Shown: positions 32,137 through 41,517 of the stretch, piece after piece
Numbering within the stretch: the stretch's first letter is position 1
How the letters are laid out: each line of letters opens with the position of its first letter
NCBI GenBank assembly: GCA_040751815.1
Contig: JBFMHQ010000001.1
Coordinates: forward strand, 4,073-68,072
Direction: 5' to 3'
DNA length: 64,000 bases
Origin: Bacillota bacterium
GTDB taxonomy: Bacteria; Bacillota; Desulfotomaculia; Desulfotomaculales; UBA12532
Notes under the pieces: generated by a model
Told to the model about the DNA's origin: nothing
Seen by the model: the letters and a program-made list of their open reading frames with translations, nothing else
Database searches by the model: none
Made by a program: the position numbers and the translations under genes

Positions 32137-33798
32137 GTGCGGCGGCGGGGCATAAGGAAGATAACCGCTATGGTGCGGCGCGGGGGCCGGCCAGGCCGGC
32201 AGGCCGAATACGAGGCCGGCCTGCCGACGCAGGCCGGCGGGCTGCTGGAACCCTCCCGCTGGCCGGCCTATGAAAAGGACGACCTCGAGCGGCTCCCCAT
32301 CGAGCCGGACCTGGAGAAAAACCTCCGGCGCCTGGAGGCGATCTTTGGCCATGATCCCGACTTCGCCACCCGCCGCTTCAGGATCGGCGGCCGGGTGGCC
32401 GCGGCGGCCCTGTTCCTGGAGGGAATGGTGGAGCGGCCGCTGCTTACAGAGAACCTCCTCAAGCCGCTCGTCCAGTACCGGCCCGAACCGGGTGCGCGTC
32501 TTACGCCGGCCTTTCTCGCGGAGTCCGTTATAACGATGCCAGTTCAACGCAAGGTTGCCGATCTCCACGCGGTTTGCGATCATGTGCTGGACGGCTGCGT
32601 GGTCCTGCTGGTTGATGGGGAGAGGGAAGGGCTGGCCCTGAAAGCCGTCGGTTACGAGAAGCGTTCTCCCGAAGAACCCATGACCGAGGCGGTGGTGCGC
32701 GGCCCGCGCGAAGGCTTCATTGAGTCCCTGGCTACCTCCGTGACCCTGCTGCGCCGCCGCCTGAAAACGCCGAACCTGGTTCTGGAGAACTTGGTGCTCG
32801 GGCGTGTCGCCCACACCCAGGTGGTGATCACCTACCTCCGCGGGCTGGCGGCCCCGGAACTGGTCGGGGAGGTTAAAAAAAGGCTCGCGCGGATCGACGT
32901 CGACGGCGTCCTGGAATCAAATTATATCGAGGAGCTTATCCGGGACCATCCCCTTTCTCCCTTTCCCCAGGTCATTGTCACCGAGCGGCCCGACAGGGTG
33001 GCGGCCCACCTCCTGGACGGGCGGGTGGCCATCTTGATGGAGAATACGCCCTTCGCCCTGGTGGTGCCGGGAGAATTCGTGGCGTATATGCAAAGCCCGG
33101 AGGACTATTACCACCACACCGTCCTCGGCATCTTCATCCGGCTCCTGCGCTGGGGCGCTTTCGCGATCTCGCTTCTCTTACCGTCCATCTACGTGGCGGT
33201 AACCACCTTCCACCAGGAGATGATCCCGACCCGGCTGCTTTTGAATATCGTAGGAGCGCGGGAAGGGGTGCCCCTCCCGGCGGTGGTGGAGGCGCTGGTC
33301 ATGGAGGTCGCCTTTGAGATCCTGCGCGAGGCAGGCGTGCGTCTACCGCGGGCGGTGGGGCAGGCCGTCAGCATCGTGGGGGCGCTGGTCATAGGTGAGG
33401 CGGCGGTGACGGCGGGGGTTGTTTCGCCCCTGATGGTCATCATCGTGGCCCTCACCGGCATCGCGTCCTTTCTCACCCCGTCCTTCGACCTGGCCATCGC
33501 CATCCGCATCCTGCGTTTTCCCATGATGCTCCTGGCAGCCTCCCTGGGGCTCTTCGGTGTGGTTACGGGTATTCTGGCCATCCTCATTCACCTGGCCGGC
33601 CTGCGCTCCTTCGGGGTGCCTTACCTGGCGGGCCTTACGCCGTTCCACCCCCAGGACTGGAAGGACGTTATTGTCCGGCTGCCCATGTGGATGATGCGCC
33701 GCCGGCCCAGGGAACTGGCCAAGGAAAACCGGGAGCGTATGGCGCCGGACCTGAAGCCTCACCCGCCGGGCGGGCGCGGCAGGAGGGGAGCGGATTGA
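32137..33798 (+). CDS. germinant receptor A subunit (GerAA/KA family)
   Basis: RGPREGF, TERPDRV, FHQEMIP and LREAGVRLP motifs; start approximate. Confidence 0.93.
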   Translation: MRRRGIRKITAMVRRGGRPGRQAEYEAGLPTQAGGLLEPSRWPAYEKDDLERLPIEPDLEKNLRRLEAIFGHDPDFATRRFRIGGRVAAAALFLEGMVERPLLTENLLKPLVQYRPEPGARLTPAFLAESVITMPVQRKVADLHAVCDHVLDGCVVLLVDGEREGLALKAVGYEKRSPEEPMTEAVVRGPREGFIESLATSVTLLRRRLKTPNLVLENLVLGRVAHTQVVITYLRGLAAPELVGEVKKRLARIDVDGVLESNYIEELIRDHPLSPFPQVIVTERPDRVAAHLLDGRVAILMENTPFALVVPGEFVAYMQSPEDYYHHTVLGIFIRLLRWGAFAISLLLPSIYVAVTTFHQEMIPTRLLLNIVGAREGVPLPAVVEALVMEVAFEILREAGVRLPRAVGQAVSIVGALVIGEAAVTAGVVSPLMVIIVALTGIASFLTPSFDLAIAIRILRFPMMLLAASLGLFGVVTGILAILIHLAGLRSFGVPYLAGLTPFHPQDWKDVIVRLPMWMMRRRPRELAKENRERMAPDLKPHPPGGRGRRGAD

Positions 33799-35030
33799 AC
33801 GGCAGGATAAAGGTGAAAACCCTGCTGCCAGCCGTGTTGTTGCTGGCGCTGCTGGTAGCCGGGTGCTGGGACCTGCGGGAGGTGGAGGACCTGGGGTACG
33901 TACTGGCCACGGCCATCGACCGGGCGCCGGGCAACAGGGTGAAAGTCATCGTGCAGTTGCCCAACCCGCGGGTGGTCGGGGGTGGAGGGCCCCGGGGGGC
34001 GGTAACCCCGTCGGCCAGCGTCGCCTCCAAGCCCTACCGCAACTACGCGGGCACCGGAGCCACCATGTTCGACGCCATCCGGGCCATTTCCCAGGAGTCG
34101 GCGCGGCGCCTCTTTTTCGCCCAGAACCGTACCGTCATCATCAGTGAGAGGATGGCCCGGGAGGGGCTGCGGGAAGTCCTCGATTTCCTGAGCCGCAGCG
34201 TCGAGATCAGGCGGCACCTGACCATGGTTTTCGTGGTGCGCGGGGACCCGGCGCAGATCCTCGACGTGCCCAACCCGCACTCTCCCATGCCCGCCCTGCG
34301 TATCGATGACATCGTCAAGTGGCGCGGCCAGACCTCCCGCTTCGCCCCGGTACCCTTGAGCCGTTTCCTGGAATTCCTGAGCCTTGAAGGCGCCGAGCCC
34401 TATGCCGGGGTCATCGAAGCGGTGCCCAACCCGACGTACCGCGCCGGCCAGGGGGAGCGCGACGCGCCTGAACCTCCCCGCAGCATCCGCCTCCGGGGCG
34501 CCGCCCTTTTCCGGGGCGACCGGCTGGTGGGGTTTCTTAACGAAGCCGAAACCCGCGGCCTTCTATGGGCTTTAAGCGAGGTGCGGGGCGCGCAGGTGGT
34601 TTTCCCCCTCCCCGGGGGCCGGCCCGGCGAGCAGGGGACGGCGGAGATTCAGCGCGCGCGGGGCAAAATCGAACCGGAGGTGATACGGGGACGCATCGTG
34701 ATGACGATCAAGGTCTTCACGGAAGGCAACCTGGCCGAGGTGGAGGGCACCCTCGACCTTTCGCGACCAGAGGTGATGGAGCAACTCGACCGAGCCCTTG
34801 CGGCCGCCATCCGCGGGGAGGTGCTGGCCGCGGTGGAGAAGACGCAGGAGGCGGGGGCGGATGTTTTCGGGTTCGGTGAGGCCTTCCACCGCAAGTTTCC
34901 CCGGGAATGGAAACGCATCAAGAAAAACTGGCCCGAGCTGTTCCGGGACCTGGAGGTGCGCGTCGAGGTGAAGGCTACCATCCGGCGCACCGGAATGATC
35001 GGCAAGCCGCGGCCGATATTGGTCCCGTGA
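33795..35030 (+). CDS. germinant receptor C subunit lipoprotein (Ger(x)C)
   Basis: Lipobox LVAGC-WDLRE; ADVFGFGE motif; TTG overlaps the A-subunit stop. Confidence 0.92.
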   Translation: MNGRIKVKTLLPAVLLLALLVAGCWDLREVEDLGYVLATAIDRAPGNRVKVIVQLPNPRVVGGGGPRGAVTPSASVASKPYRNYAGTGATMFDAIRAISQESARRLFFAQNRTVIISERMAREGLREVLDFLSRSVEIRRHLTMVFVVRGDPAQILDVPNPHSPMPALRIDDIVKWRGQTSRFAPVPLSRFLEFLSLEGAEPYAGVIEAVPNPTYRAGQGERDAPEPPRSIRLRGAALFRGDRLVGFLNEAETRGLLWALSEVRGAQVVFPLPGGRPGEQGTAEIQRARGKIEPEVIRGRIVMTIKVFTEGNLAEVEGTLDLSRPEVMEQLDRALAAAIRGEVLAAVEKTQEAGADVFGFGEAFHRKFPREWKRIKKNWPELFRDLEVRVEVKATIRRTGMIGKPRPILVP

Positions 35031-35061
35031 GAAGCGTTAAAGAAAGGAGGAAGAGGATGTT

Positions 35062-35310
35062 ATGCTACCGCTGATACTGCTGATCGTAGCCGGGTTCGCC
35101 GCCATCGTCGCCTTCGAGCTTCCGCGGCTGCTCCGCGAGAAGCTTTACCGCGAGATGACGGTCTTTTTCGTGCTCATCGCCATCGGCCTGGCCCTGAGCA
35201 TCGGTCAGGTTCTGCGCGTGCCGCTGCCCAACATCACGAAGGGGATCGAAGCCGCCACCCGCCCGGTCTACAAAATGATCGAGAAGGCCCTTGCTCCCCG
35301 TGGGGAGTGA
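35062..35310 (+). CDS. small two-TM protein, probable germinant receptor D subunit
   Basis: 82 aa; AGGAGG RBS; two hydrophobic helices directly after gerXC. Confidence 0.7.
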   Translation: MLPLILLIVAGFAAIVAFELPRLLREKLYREMTVFFVLIAIGLALSIGQVLRVPLPNITKGIEAATRPVYKMIEKALAPRGE

Positions 35311-35391
35311 TCCCTTCCCTTGCAGGGATTCCTTCCCTGGGAGCGTATCCTAAAAATAAGTATTGGCAGTTCCCGGTAGGGAGGAGCGACA

Positions 35392-36390
35392 GTGGCCGTC
35401 TACCTCGCCGAATTGCTGGTTAGCTTCGCCATCATCGTGCTGGGGGCCAAGTTCTTTACCAACGGCGTCGAATGGCTGGGACGCCGGCTGAACCTCACGC
35501 GGGGCGCCGTCGGAAGCATCCTGGCCGCCGTTGGCACGGCCCTGCCCGAGAGCATCATTCCCATTGTGGCCATTTTTCTCGGGGCCGGTGCCGTCGGCCA
35601 CGAGGTGGGTATCGGGGCCATTCTCGGTGCGCCCTTCATGCTGGGCACCCTGGCCATGGTGATCACGGGCCTCGCCGCCATTACCTGCCGGCAGCGTGGT
35701 GAGCGGTGCCGCCTGGCAACCGGTGGGGCCGTCCGCCGCGACCTGGTTTTCTTTCTCTTTCTTTACCCGGTAGCGGTGGGCGCGGCCTTCCTGCCTTCCG
35801 CGGGACGCTACGCGGCCGCGACCTGCCTGGTTCTCGCCTACATTTTTTTTGTCTACCGTACTTTCACCACGGGGAGGCGCTTCGAGGAGGAAGAGGACCT
35901 TGAGCCGCTCCTCCTGTCCCGTAACAGTGAAGAGCCCTCCCTCTGGCCCATTGTTGTTCAGATCGTCCTTTCCCTGGCCGCGATTGTGGTAGGCGCCAAG
36001 ATCTTCGTGGACGGCGTCACGGACGTCGCCCTGGCCCTCGGCGTTCCCGCCTTTATTTTTTCCCTCCTGATCGCGCCCGTGGCCACTGAGTTGCCGGAGA
36101 AATTGAACAGTGTCATCTGGGTGCGCAACGAGAAGGATACCCTCGCCCTGGGGAACATTACCGGGGCCATGGTATTCCAGGGCTCCCTTATTCCGGCCTT
36201 CGGTATGACTGCTACCTCCTGGCGCCTCACCGAAGCGGCTTTCCTCAGTGCCGCGCTGGCCTTCGGCTCGGCCGCGATCCTCTACGCCTTCACCCGGGTC
36301 AAGGGTTACCTTCCCGCCTGGCTGCTGATAGGCATGGGCGGGGGATTTTACGCCTTCTTCCTCGCCGGGGTCCTGGCGGGTGTTCGCTGA
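35392..36390 (+). CDS. Na+/Ca2+ (CaCA family) exchanger
   Basis: alpha-1 GTALPE and alpha-2 ATELPE..GNITG repeats. Confidence 0.85.
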   Translation: MAVYLAELLVSFAIIVLGAKFFTNGVEWLGRRLNLTRGAVGSILAAVGTALPESIIPIVAIFLGAGAVGHEVGIGAILGAPFMLGTLAMVITGLAAITCRQRGERCRLATGGAVRRDLVFFLFLYPVAVGAAFLPSAGRYAAATCLVLAYIFFVYRTFTTGRRFEEEEDLEPLLLSRNSEEPSLWPIVVQIVLSLAAIVVGAKIFVDGVTDVALALGVPAFIFSLLIAPVATELPEKLNSVIWVRNEKDTLALGNITGAMVFQGSLIPAFGMTATSWRLTEAAFLSAALAFGSAAILYAFTRVKGYLPAWLLIGMGGGFYAFFLAGVLAGVR

Positions 36391-36437
36391 GAAAAACGCA
36401 CAGAGATTGCCGCTGCGGCAGCCGGGCCCCGCTCCTG

Positions 36438-36466
36438 GCATTTATCCCGCGGGCTTTTCATAACGT
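36438..36466 (+). promoter_or_regulatory. putative sigma-E/K-type sporulation promoter
   Basis: GCATT-N16-CATAACGT fits ATW-N16-CATAnnnT. Confidence 0.4.
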
Positions 36467-36502
36467 TAGAAAGCGAGGAGACCATATGAGCGGGGTCTGG
36501 TC

Positions 36503-37492
36503 GTGCTTGTTCTGCATCTCACTGCAAGTATCGTTATCATCCTTCTCGGGGCCCGCTTTTTCACCAACGGGGTGGAATGGCTGGGGGTGCAGCTTGGCCT
36601 GGCCCGGGGTGCGGTGGGGAGCATCCTGGCCGCCCTGGGAACCGCCCTGCCCGAAACAATGATTCCCATTGCGGCGCTTCTGCGTGGGCGGGGCGAGGCC
36701 GCCGCCGAAATCGGCATCGGGGCTATCCTGGGTGCGCCGTTTATGCTCAGCACGGCGGGCCTGGCCCTCGCCGGTGGCACCGCCCTCGTGTGCCGGCGCG
36801 GCGGAAGGCTGATTGCCGATCGCGCGTGCGTGGGGCGCGACCTGTGCTTCTTTTTCCTGGCCTATACCACCGCCATTCTCGCGGCCTTCCTGCCCGGTCC
36901 GCTGCGCACGGCAGTGGTGGTTGTACTCCTTGGCACCTACCTCCTCTTTTTCGTTTCCGCCCTGACCCGGGGAGCGCGCTGCGGCGAGGGGGAGCAACTG
37001 GCTCCCCTTCTGGTGGCGCCGCGCTTAAGCCAGCCGCCCCTGCCGCTGGTGTTTGGGCAGGTCTTCTTCGCCTTCGGGTTAATCATGGGCGGGGCCAGGG
37101 TCTTCGTGGAGGCCATCGGGTGGCTGGCCCAGGACCTGGGGGTTCCCGTGCTGGTTTTCTCGCTCTTGCTGGCGCCGCTGGCCACCGAGATGCCCGAACT
37201 GTTGAACAGTGTCCTCTGGCTCAGGGAAGGAAAAGATACCCTGGCTTTGGGAAATATTACCGGCGCGATGGTATTTCAGAGCGCGATCGTTCCCTGTCTT
37301 GGCATCGCGTTCACCCCCTGGGAACTTACACCCGCCGCCCTGACGAGCGCGCTTCTGGCCCTGGGTTCTGCGGCCCTGGCGTACTTCCTCCTGGTATCCC
37401 GAGGGCACCTCAGTAGTTTCATCCTTTTCGTCACGGGTACAAGCTGCTACCTGGTATTTTTTGCCGCTATGTTGCTCCTTGGTCTGAAATAG
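36503..37492 (+). CDS. Na+/Ca2+ (CaCA family) exchanger, tandem paralogue
   Basis: GTALPE and ATEMPE..GNITGAMVFQ motifs; colinear with the upstream copy. Confidence 0.85.
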   Translation: MLVLHLTASIVIILLGARFFTNGVEWLGVQLGLARGAVGSILAALGTALPETMIPIAALLRGRGEAAAEIGIGAILGAPFMLSTAGLALAGGTALVCRRGGRLIADRACVGRDLCFFFLAYTTAILAAFLPGPLRTAVVVVLLGTYLLFFVSALTRGARCGEGEQLAPLLVAPRLSQPPLPLVFGQVFFAFGLIMGGARVFVEAIGWLAQDLGVPVLVFSLLLAPLATEMPELLNSVLWLREGKDTLALGNITGAMVFQSAIVPCLGIAFTPWELTPAALTSALLALGSAALAYFLLVSRGHLSSFILFVTGTSCYLVFFAAMLLLGLK

Positions 37493-37570
37493 GTTTCTTT
37501 CTCCTTCTTGTCAACTCTCCGGTTAAAATGCTAAACTGTAAGCAGTCAGGAGGGGAACCGGGGGAAGTAC

Positions 37571-37828
37571 ATGGCAAAATTTCAGCGTAATCCGAGAAAT
37601 CCGTGGCTTCTTGTTGTCCTTATCCTGCTTGGAGGGCTGGCCGGAAGCGCTCTGGGACAGTTGCTTGCGCCCACTTTCCCTTTTCTGGGACAGGCCCTCC
37701 GGGCAGGCCTGGAACCCAGCACCTTGAATCTCCAATTCTTCACCATTACCTTTGGTTTTTCGGTTAAGGTCAACGTTCTGACCCTTCTCGGCTTTATTCT
37801 CGGGTACGTGGTGTACCGCAGGATCTGA
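37571..37828 (+). CDS. small membrane protein (DUF4321-like)
   Basis: 85 aa, two TM segments; position upstream of maf-radC is typical. Confidence 0.65.
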   Translation: MAKFQRNPRNPWLLVVLILLGGLAGSALGQLLAPTFPFLGQALRAGLEPSTLNLQFFTITFGFSVKVNVLTLLGFILGYVVYRRI

Positions 37829-37833
37829 TCCCC

Positions 37834-38403
37834 GTGGTGCGGCTGTACCTGGCTTCATCCTCACCGCGGGGGCGGGAACTCCTTGCCCGTGTCGGCCTCA
37901 AGTTCACGGCGGTACCCGTCGAGGTGAACGAGGCCGTGGCCGAGGAATTGCCGCCCCGGCGCCTGGTGGAAACACTGGCGTCCCGCAAAGCGCTTGTGGC
38001 GCAAGTCGAGGAGGGTCTGGTTGTTGGAGCCAATACGGTGGTGGTTTGCGACGACAGGATTTTCGGCAAGCCGCGCGACGAGGCGGAAGCTGCCGTAATG
38101 CTTTCCTGGCTGCAGGGCAGGTCGCACCGGGCGGCCACGGGGGTGGCCGTCCGGCGGATGAGCGATGGGTTCCTTGCTGTGGGTCACGAGGCGACCACGG
38201 TGGATTCAGGCCCGTGAGCCGGCGCGAGATAGCCTTATATATCGCTACCGGGGAACCCCTGGACAAGGCCGGGGCGTTTGCAGTACACACTCGGGGCGAT
38301 TTTTATTGCCGGGATTGAGGGCTGCTTTTTCAACGTGGTGGGGTTGCCCCTGGCCACGCTGGTCGCCCTTATACAGGTTGCGGGGTTGATATCCTATCCC
38401 TGA
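37834..38403 (+). pseudogene. maf: Maf-family nucleotide pyrophosphatase, doubly frameshifted
   Basis: LASSSPR start; GEPLDKAGA in frame +2 (about 38204-38300); IEGCFFNVVGLP back in the first frame; GADT reads GANT. Confidence 0.85.
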
Positions 38404-38415
38404 GGGAGGATCTGC

Positions 38416-39105
38416 TTGGTAGAGTACCGCCTGACGATTAAGGAACTGCCTTCATCCCTCCGCCCACGCGAACGTTTGCTGGCCCACGGGCCCGGCGTGC
38501 TGTCGGATGCGGAGCTCCTGGCAATTATCCTCCGGAGCGGCACCCCCGAGGCCAGCGCCCTTGACCTGGCGGCCCTTCTTCTGGCGCGCTTCGGGGGTCT
38601 GCGTGGTCTCCTGGGAGCAACGGCGGAAGAGCTGGCTTCGGTAGTGGGCGTCGGCTCCGCCAAGGCGGCCCAGATCAAGGCGGCGCTGGAAATCGGCCGC
38701 CGGGTGACGGCGGCGGCGCCTGAAACGAGGCCCGTCGTGCGTACGCCGGACGAGGCGGCAGGCCTGGTAATGGAAAGCATGCGGCACCTGGACCGCGAAC
38801 ATTTCGCGGCCCTGCTGCTCAACACCAAGAACCAGGTGCTGGGCATCGAAACCGTCTCTGTGGGGACCCTCGATTCCTCGGCGGTTCATCCCCGCGAGCT
38901 TTTCAAAAGTGCCATAAAGAAGAGCGCGGCGGCGGTTATCCTGGTGCATAACCACCCCAGCGGTGACCCTACGCCCAGCCAGGCCGATATCGAGCTGACC
39001 AGGCGGCTGGTGCAGGCAGGAGGCATCCTGGGTATCGGCATCCTAGACCATATTGTCGTTGGGGATAATAAGTACACCAGTTTCAAAGCTTGCGGCCTGC
39101 TGTAG
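38416..39105 (+). CDS. radC: RadC/UPF0758 JAB-domain protein
   Basis: RPRERL and HNHPSGDPTPS..D motifs. Confidence 0.95.
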   Translation: MVEYRLTIKELPSSLRPRERLLAHGPGVLSDAELLAIILRSGTPEASALDLAALLLARFGGLRGLLGATAEELASVVGVGSAKAAQIKAALEIGRRVTAAAPETRPVVRTPDEAAGLVMESMRHLDREHFAALLLNTKNQVLGIETVSVGTLDSSAVHPRELFKSAIKKSAAAVILVHNHPSGDPTPSQADIELTRRLVQAGGILGIGILDHIVVGDNKYTSFKACGLL

Positions 39106-39114
39106 CGCTTTTAA

Positions 39115-40161
<1,047 letters not shown>

Positions 40162-40992
40162 TTGCGCCGCACGTGGCTCAGGAAAACGGCGGCCGGGGTG
40201 ATCCTGTTCGGGGTTATCTGCGCGGCGATGCACCTCACCACCGACGTTACGAGGGCCACCATACCCCTCGAGGGCACCGTACGTGATCTTCTGGCGCCCG
40301 TGCAAAGAGGAGCCCTGCAGGCGGGGCGTGTGGTGCAACAGGGTATGGGTACGATTCTCTCCCTTGGCCGGGCGGAGCGGGTAGAGCGCCTTGAGAAACA
40401 GGTTCGTCAACTAGAAGGGAAAATTGCCGAGCTTAACGAGTACAGGGTGGAGAATACCCGCTTGCGGCGGCTTCTTGGCTTCCGGGAGGAAACCCGCGAC
40501 CGGTACGAGCTTCTGGCGGCCGACGTCATCGGCCGCGACCCGGGCAACTGGTTTGGAACCATAACCCTCGATCGGGGAGCGGCCGACGGGGTACGTTCAG
40601 ATATGCCCGTTCTCCTGCCGGAGGGACTGGTGGGGCGCGTCCTCCGAGTTTCCCAGCGCACCGCCGTGGTTTTACTTTTGACGGATCCCCGTAGCGGGGT
40701 GGGGGGAACGGTGCAGGAAACCCGGACGCCGGGGGTGCTGCGGGGGGTCGTTAACAGCTACGGCCAGCTGCGCATGACTTATCTGGCGAAGGATGCCCCG
40801 GTGAAAATAGGGCAGCTCGTGGTTACCTCCGGTCTGGGCGGGATTTTTCCCAGGGGCGTACCACTGGGTAGAATTGTGAGTGTACGCCCGGAACCCACAG
40901 GCTTGACGAAAGAGGCGTTGGTGCAACCCCTGGTTGATTTCAGTCACCTGGAGGAAGTCTTTATCCTTCTTCGGGCCGTACCGGGGGGATAA
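40162..40992 (+). CDS. mreC: rod shape-determining protein MreC
   Basis: TM plus coiled coil (ENTRLRRLL); VVTSGLGGIFP motif. Confidence 0.95.
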   Translation: MRRTWLRKTAAGVILFGVICAAMHLTTDVTRATIPLEGTVRDLLAPVQRGALQAGRVVQQGMGTILSLGRAERVERLEKQVRQLEGKIAELNEYRVENTRLRRLLGFREETRDRYELLAADVIGRDPGNWFGTITLDRGAADGVRSDMPVLLPEGLVGRVLRVSQRTAVVLLLTDPRSGVGGTVQETRTPGVLRGVVNSYGQLRMTYLAKDAPVKIGQLVVTSGLGGIFPRGVPLGRIVSVRPEPTGLTKEALVQPLVDFSHLEEVFILLRAVPGG

Positions 40993-40995
40993 GAA

Positions 40996-41490
40996 GTGCC
41001 TGCGCTGATCCTGCTGGCGTTTTTTGCTCTGGCTCTTTTCCTGGAAGGCACCCTGTGCGGTTATATCCGCATCGCCGGGGTCAAGCCGGACCTCGTGCTG
41101 GTACTGGTAATTTTCCACGCCCTGGCGCGCGGCCCGCGGGAGGGGGCTATCTGGGGGTTTATCGGCGGCCTGACCCAGGATATAATGACGGGCAATTACG
41201 TTGGGTTAAACGCGCTGGTTAAAGCCCTTACCGGTTATGGCGTCGGCCTGGGCGAAACCAGGTTATACAAGGAAAGCACCCTGACCGCCACCGGGATTGC
41301 GTGGCTGGCCACGCTTTTCGCGGAGGCGCTCACTTACCTTTTACTTTTAACCCTCGGCATCATCATCCCGCCGGGCGACGCCGCAACGAGGGTTATTTTG
41401 CCGGTGAGCATTTATAACGCGGCGCTGGCTGTGTTATTTTACCGGCGCTTCTATTTTTGGGAAACCAGAGGCTTTTTGCGCCCCCGGTAA
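40996..41490 (+). CDS. mreD: rod shape-determining protein MreD
   Basis: KPDL and GFIGGL.QD motifs; synteny. Confidence 0.92.
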   Translation: MPALILLAFFALALFLEGTLCGYIRIAGVKPDLVLVLVIFHALARGPREGAIWGFIGGLTQDIMTGNYVGLNALVKALTGYGVGLGETRLYKESTLTATGIAWLATLFAEALTYLLLLTLGIIIPPGDAATRVILPVSIYNAALAVLFYRRFYFWETRGFLRPR

Positions 41491-41517
41491 AAACCGTGGC
41501 GGCGCCGGGGGGGCCGT

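Noticed and set aside
36475-36505. ATG 36486 with GAGGAG RBS out of frame with the second exchanger (possible frameshift)
   Set aside because: GTG 36503 already gives a full-length paralogue and has a G-rich RBS like other genes here.
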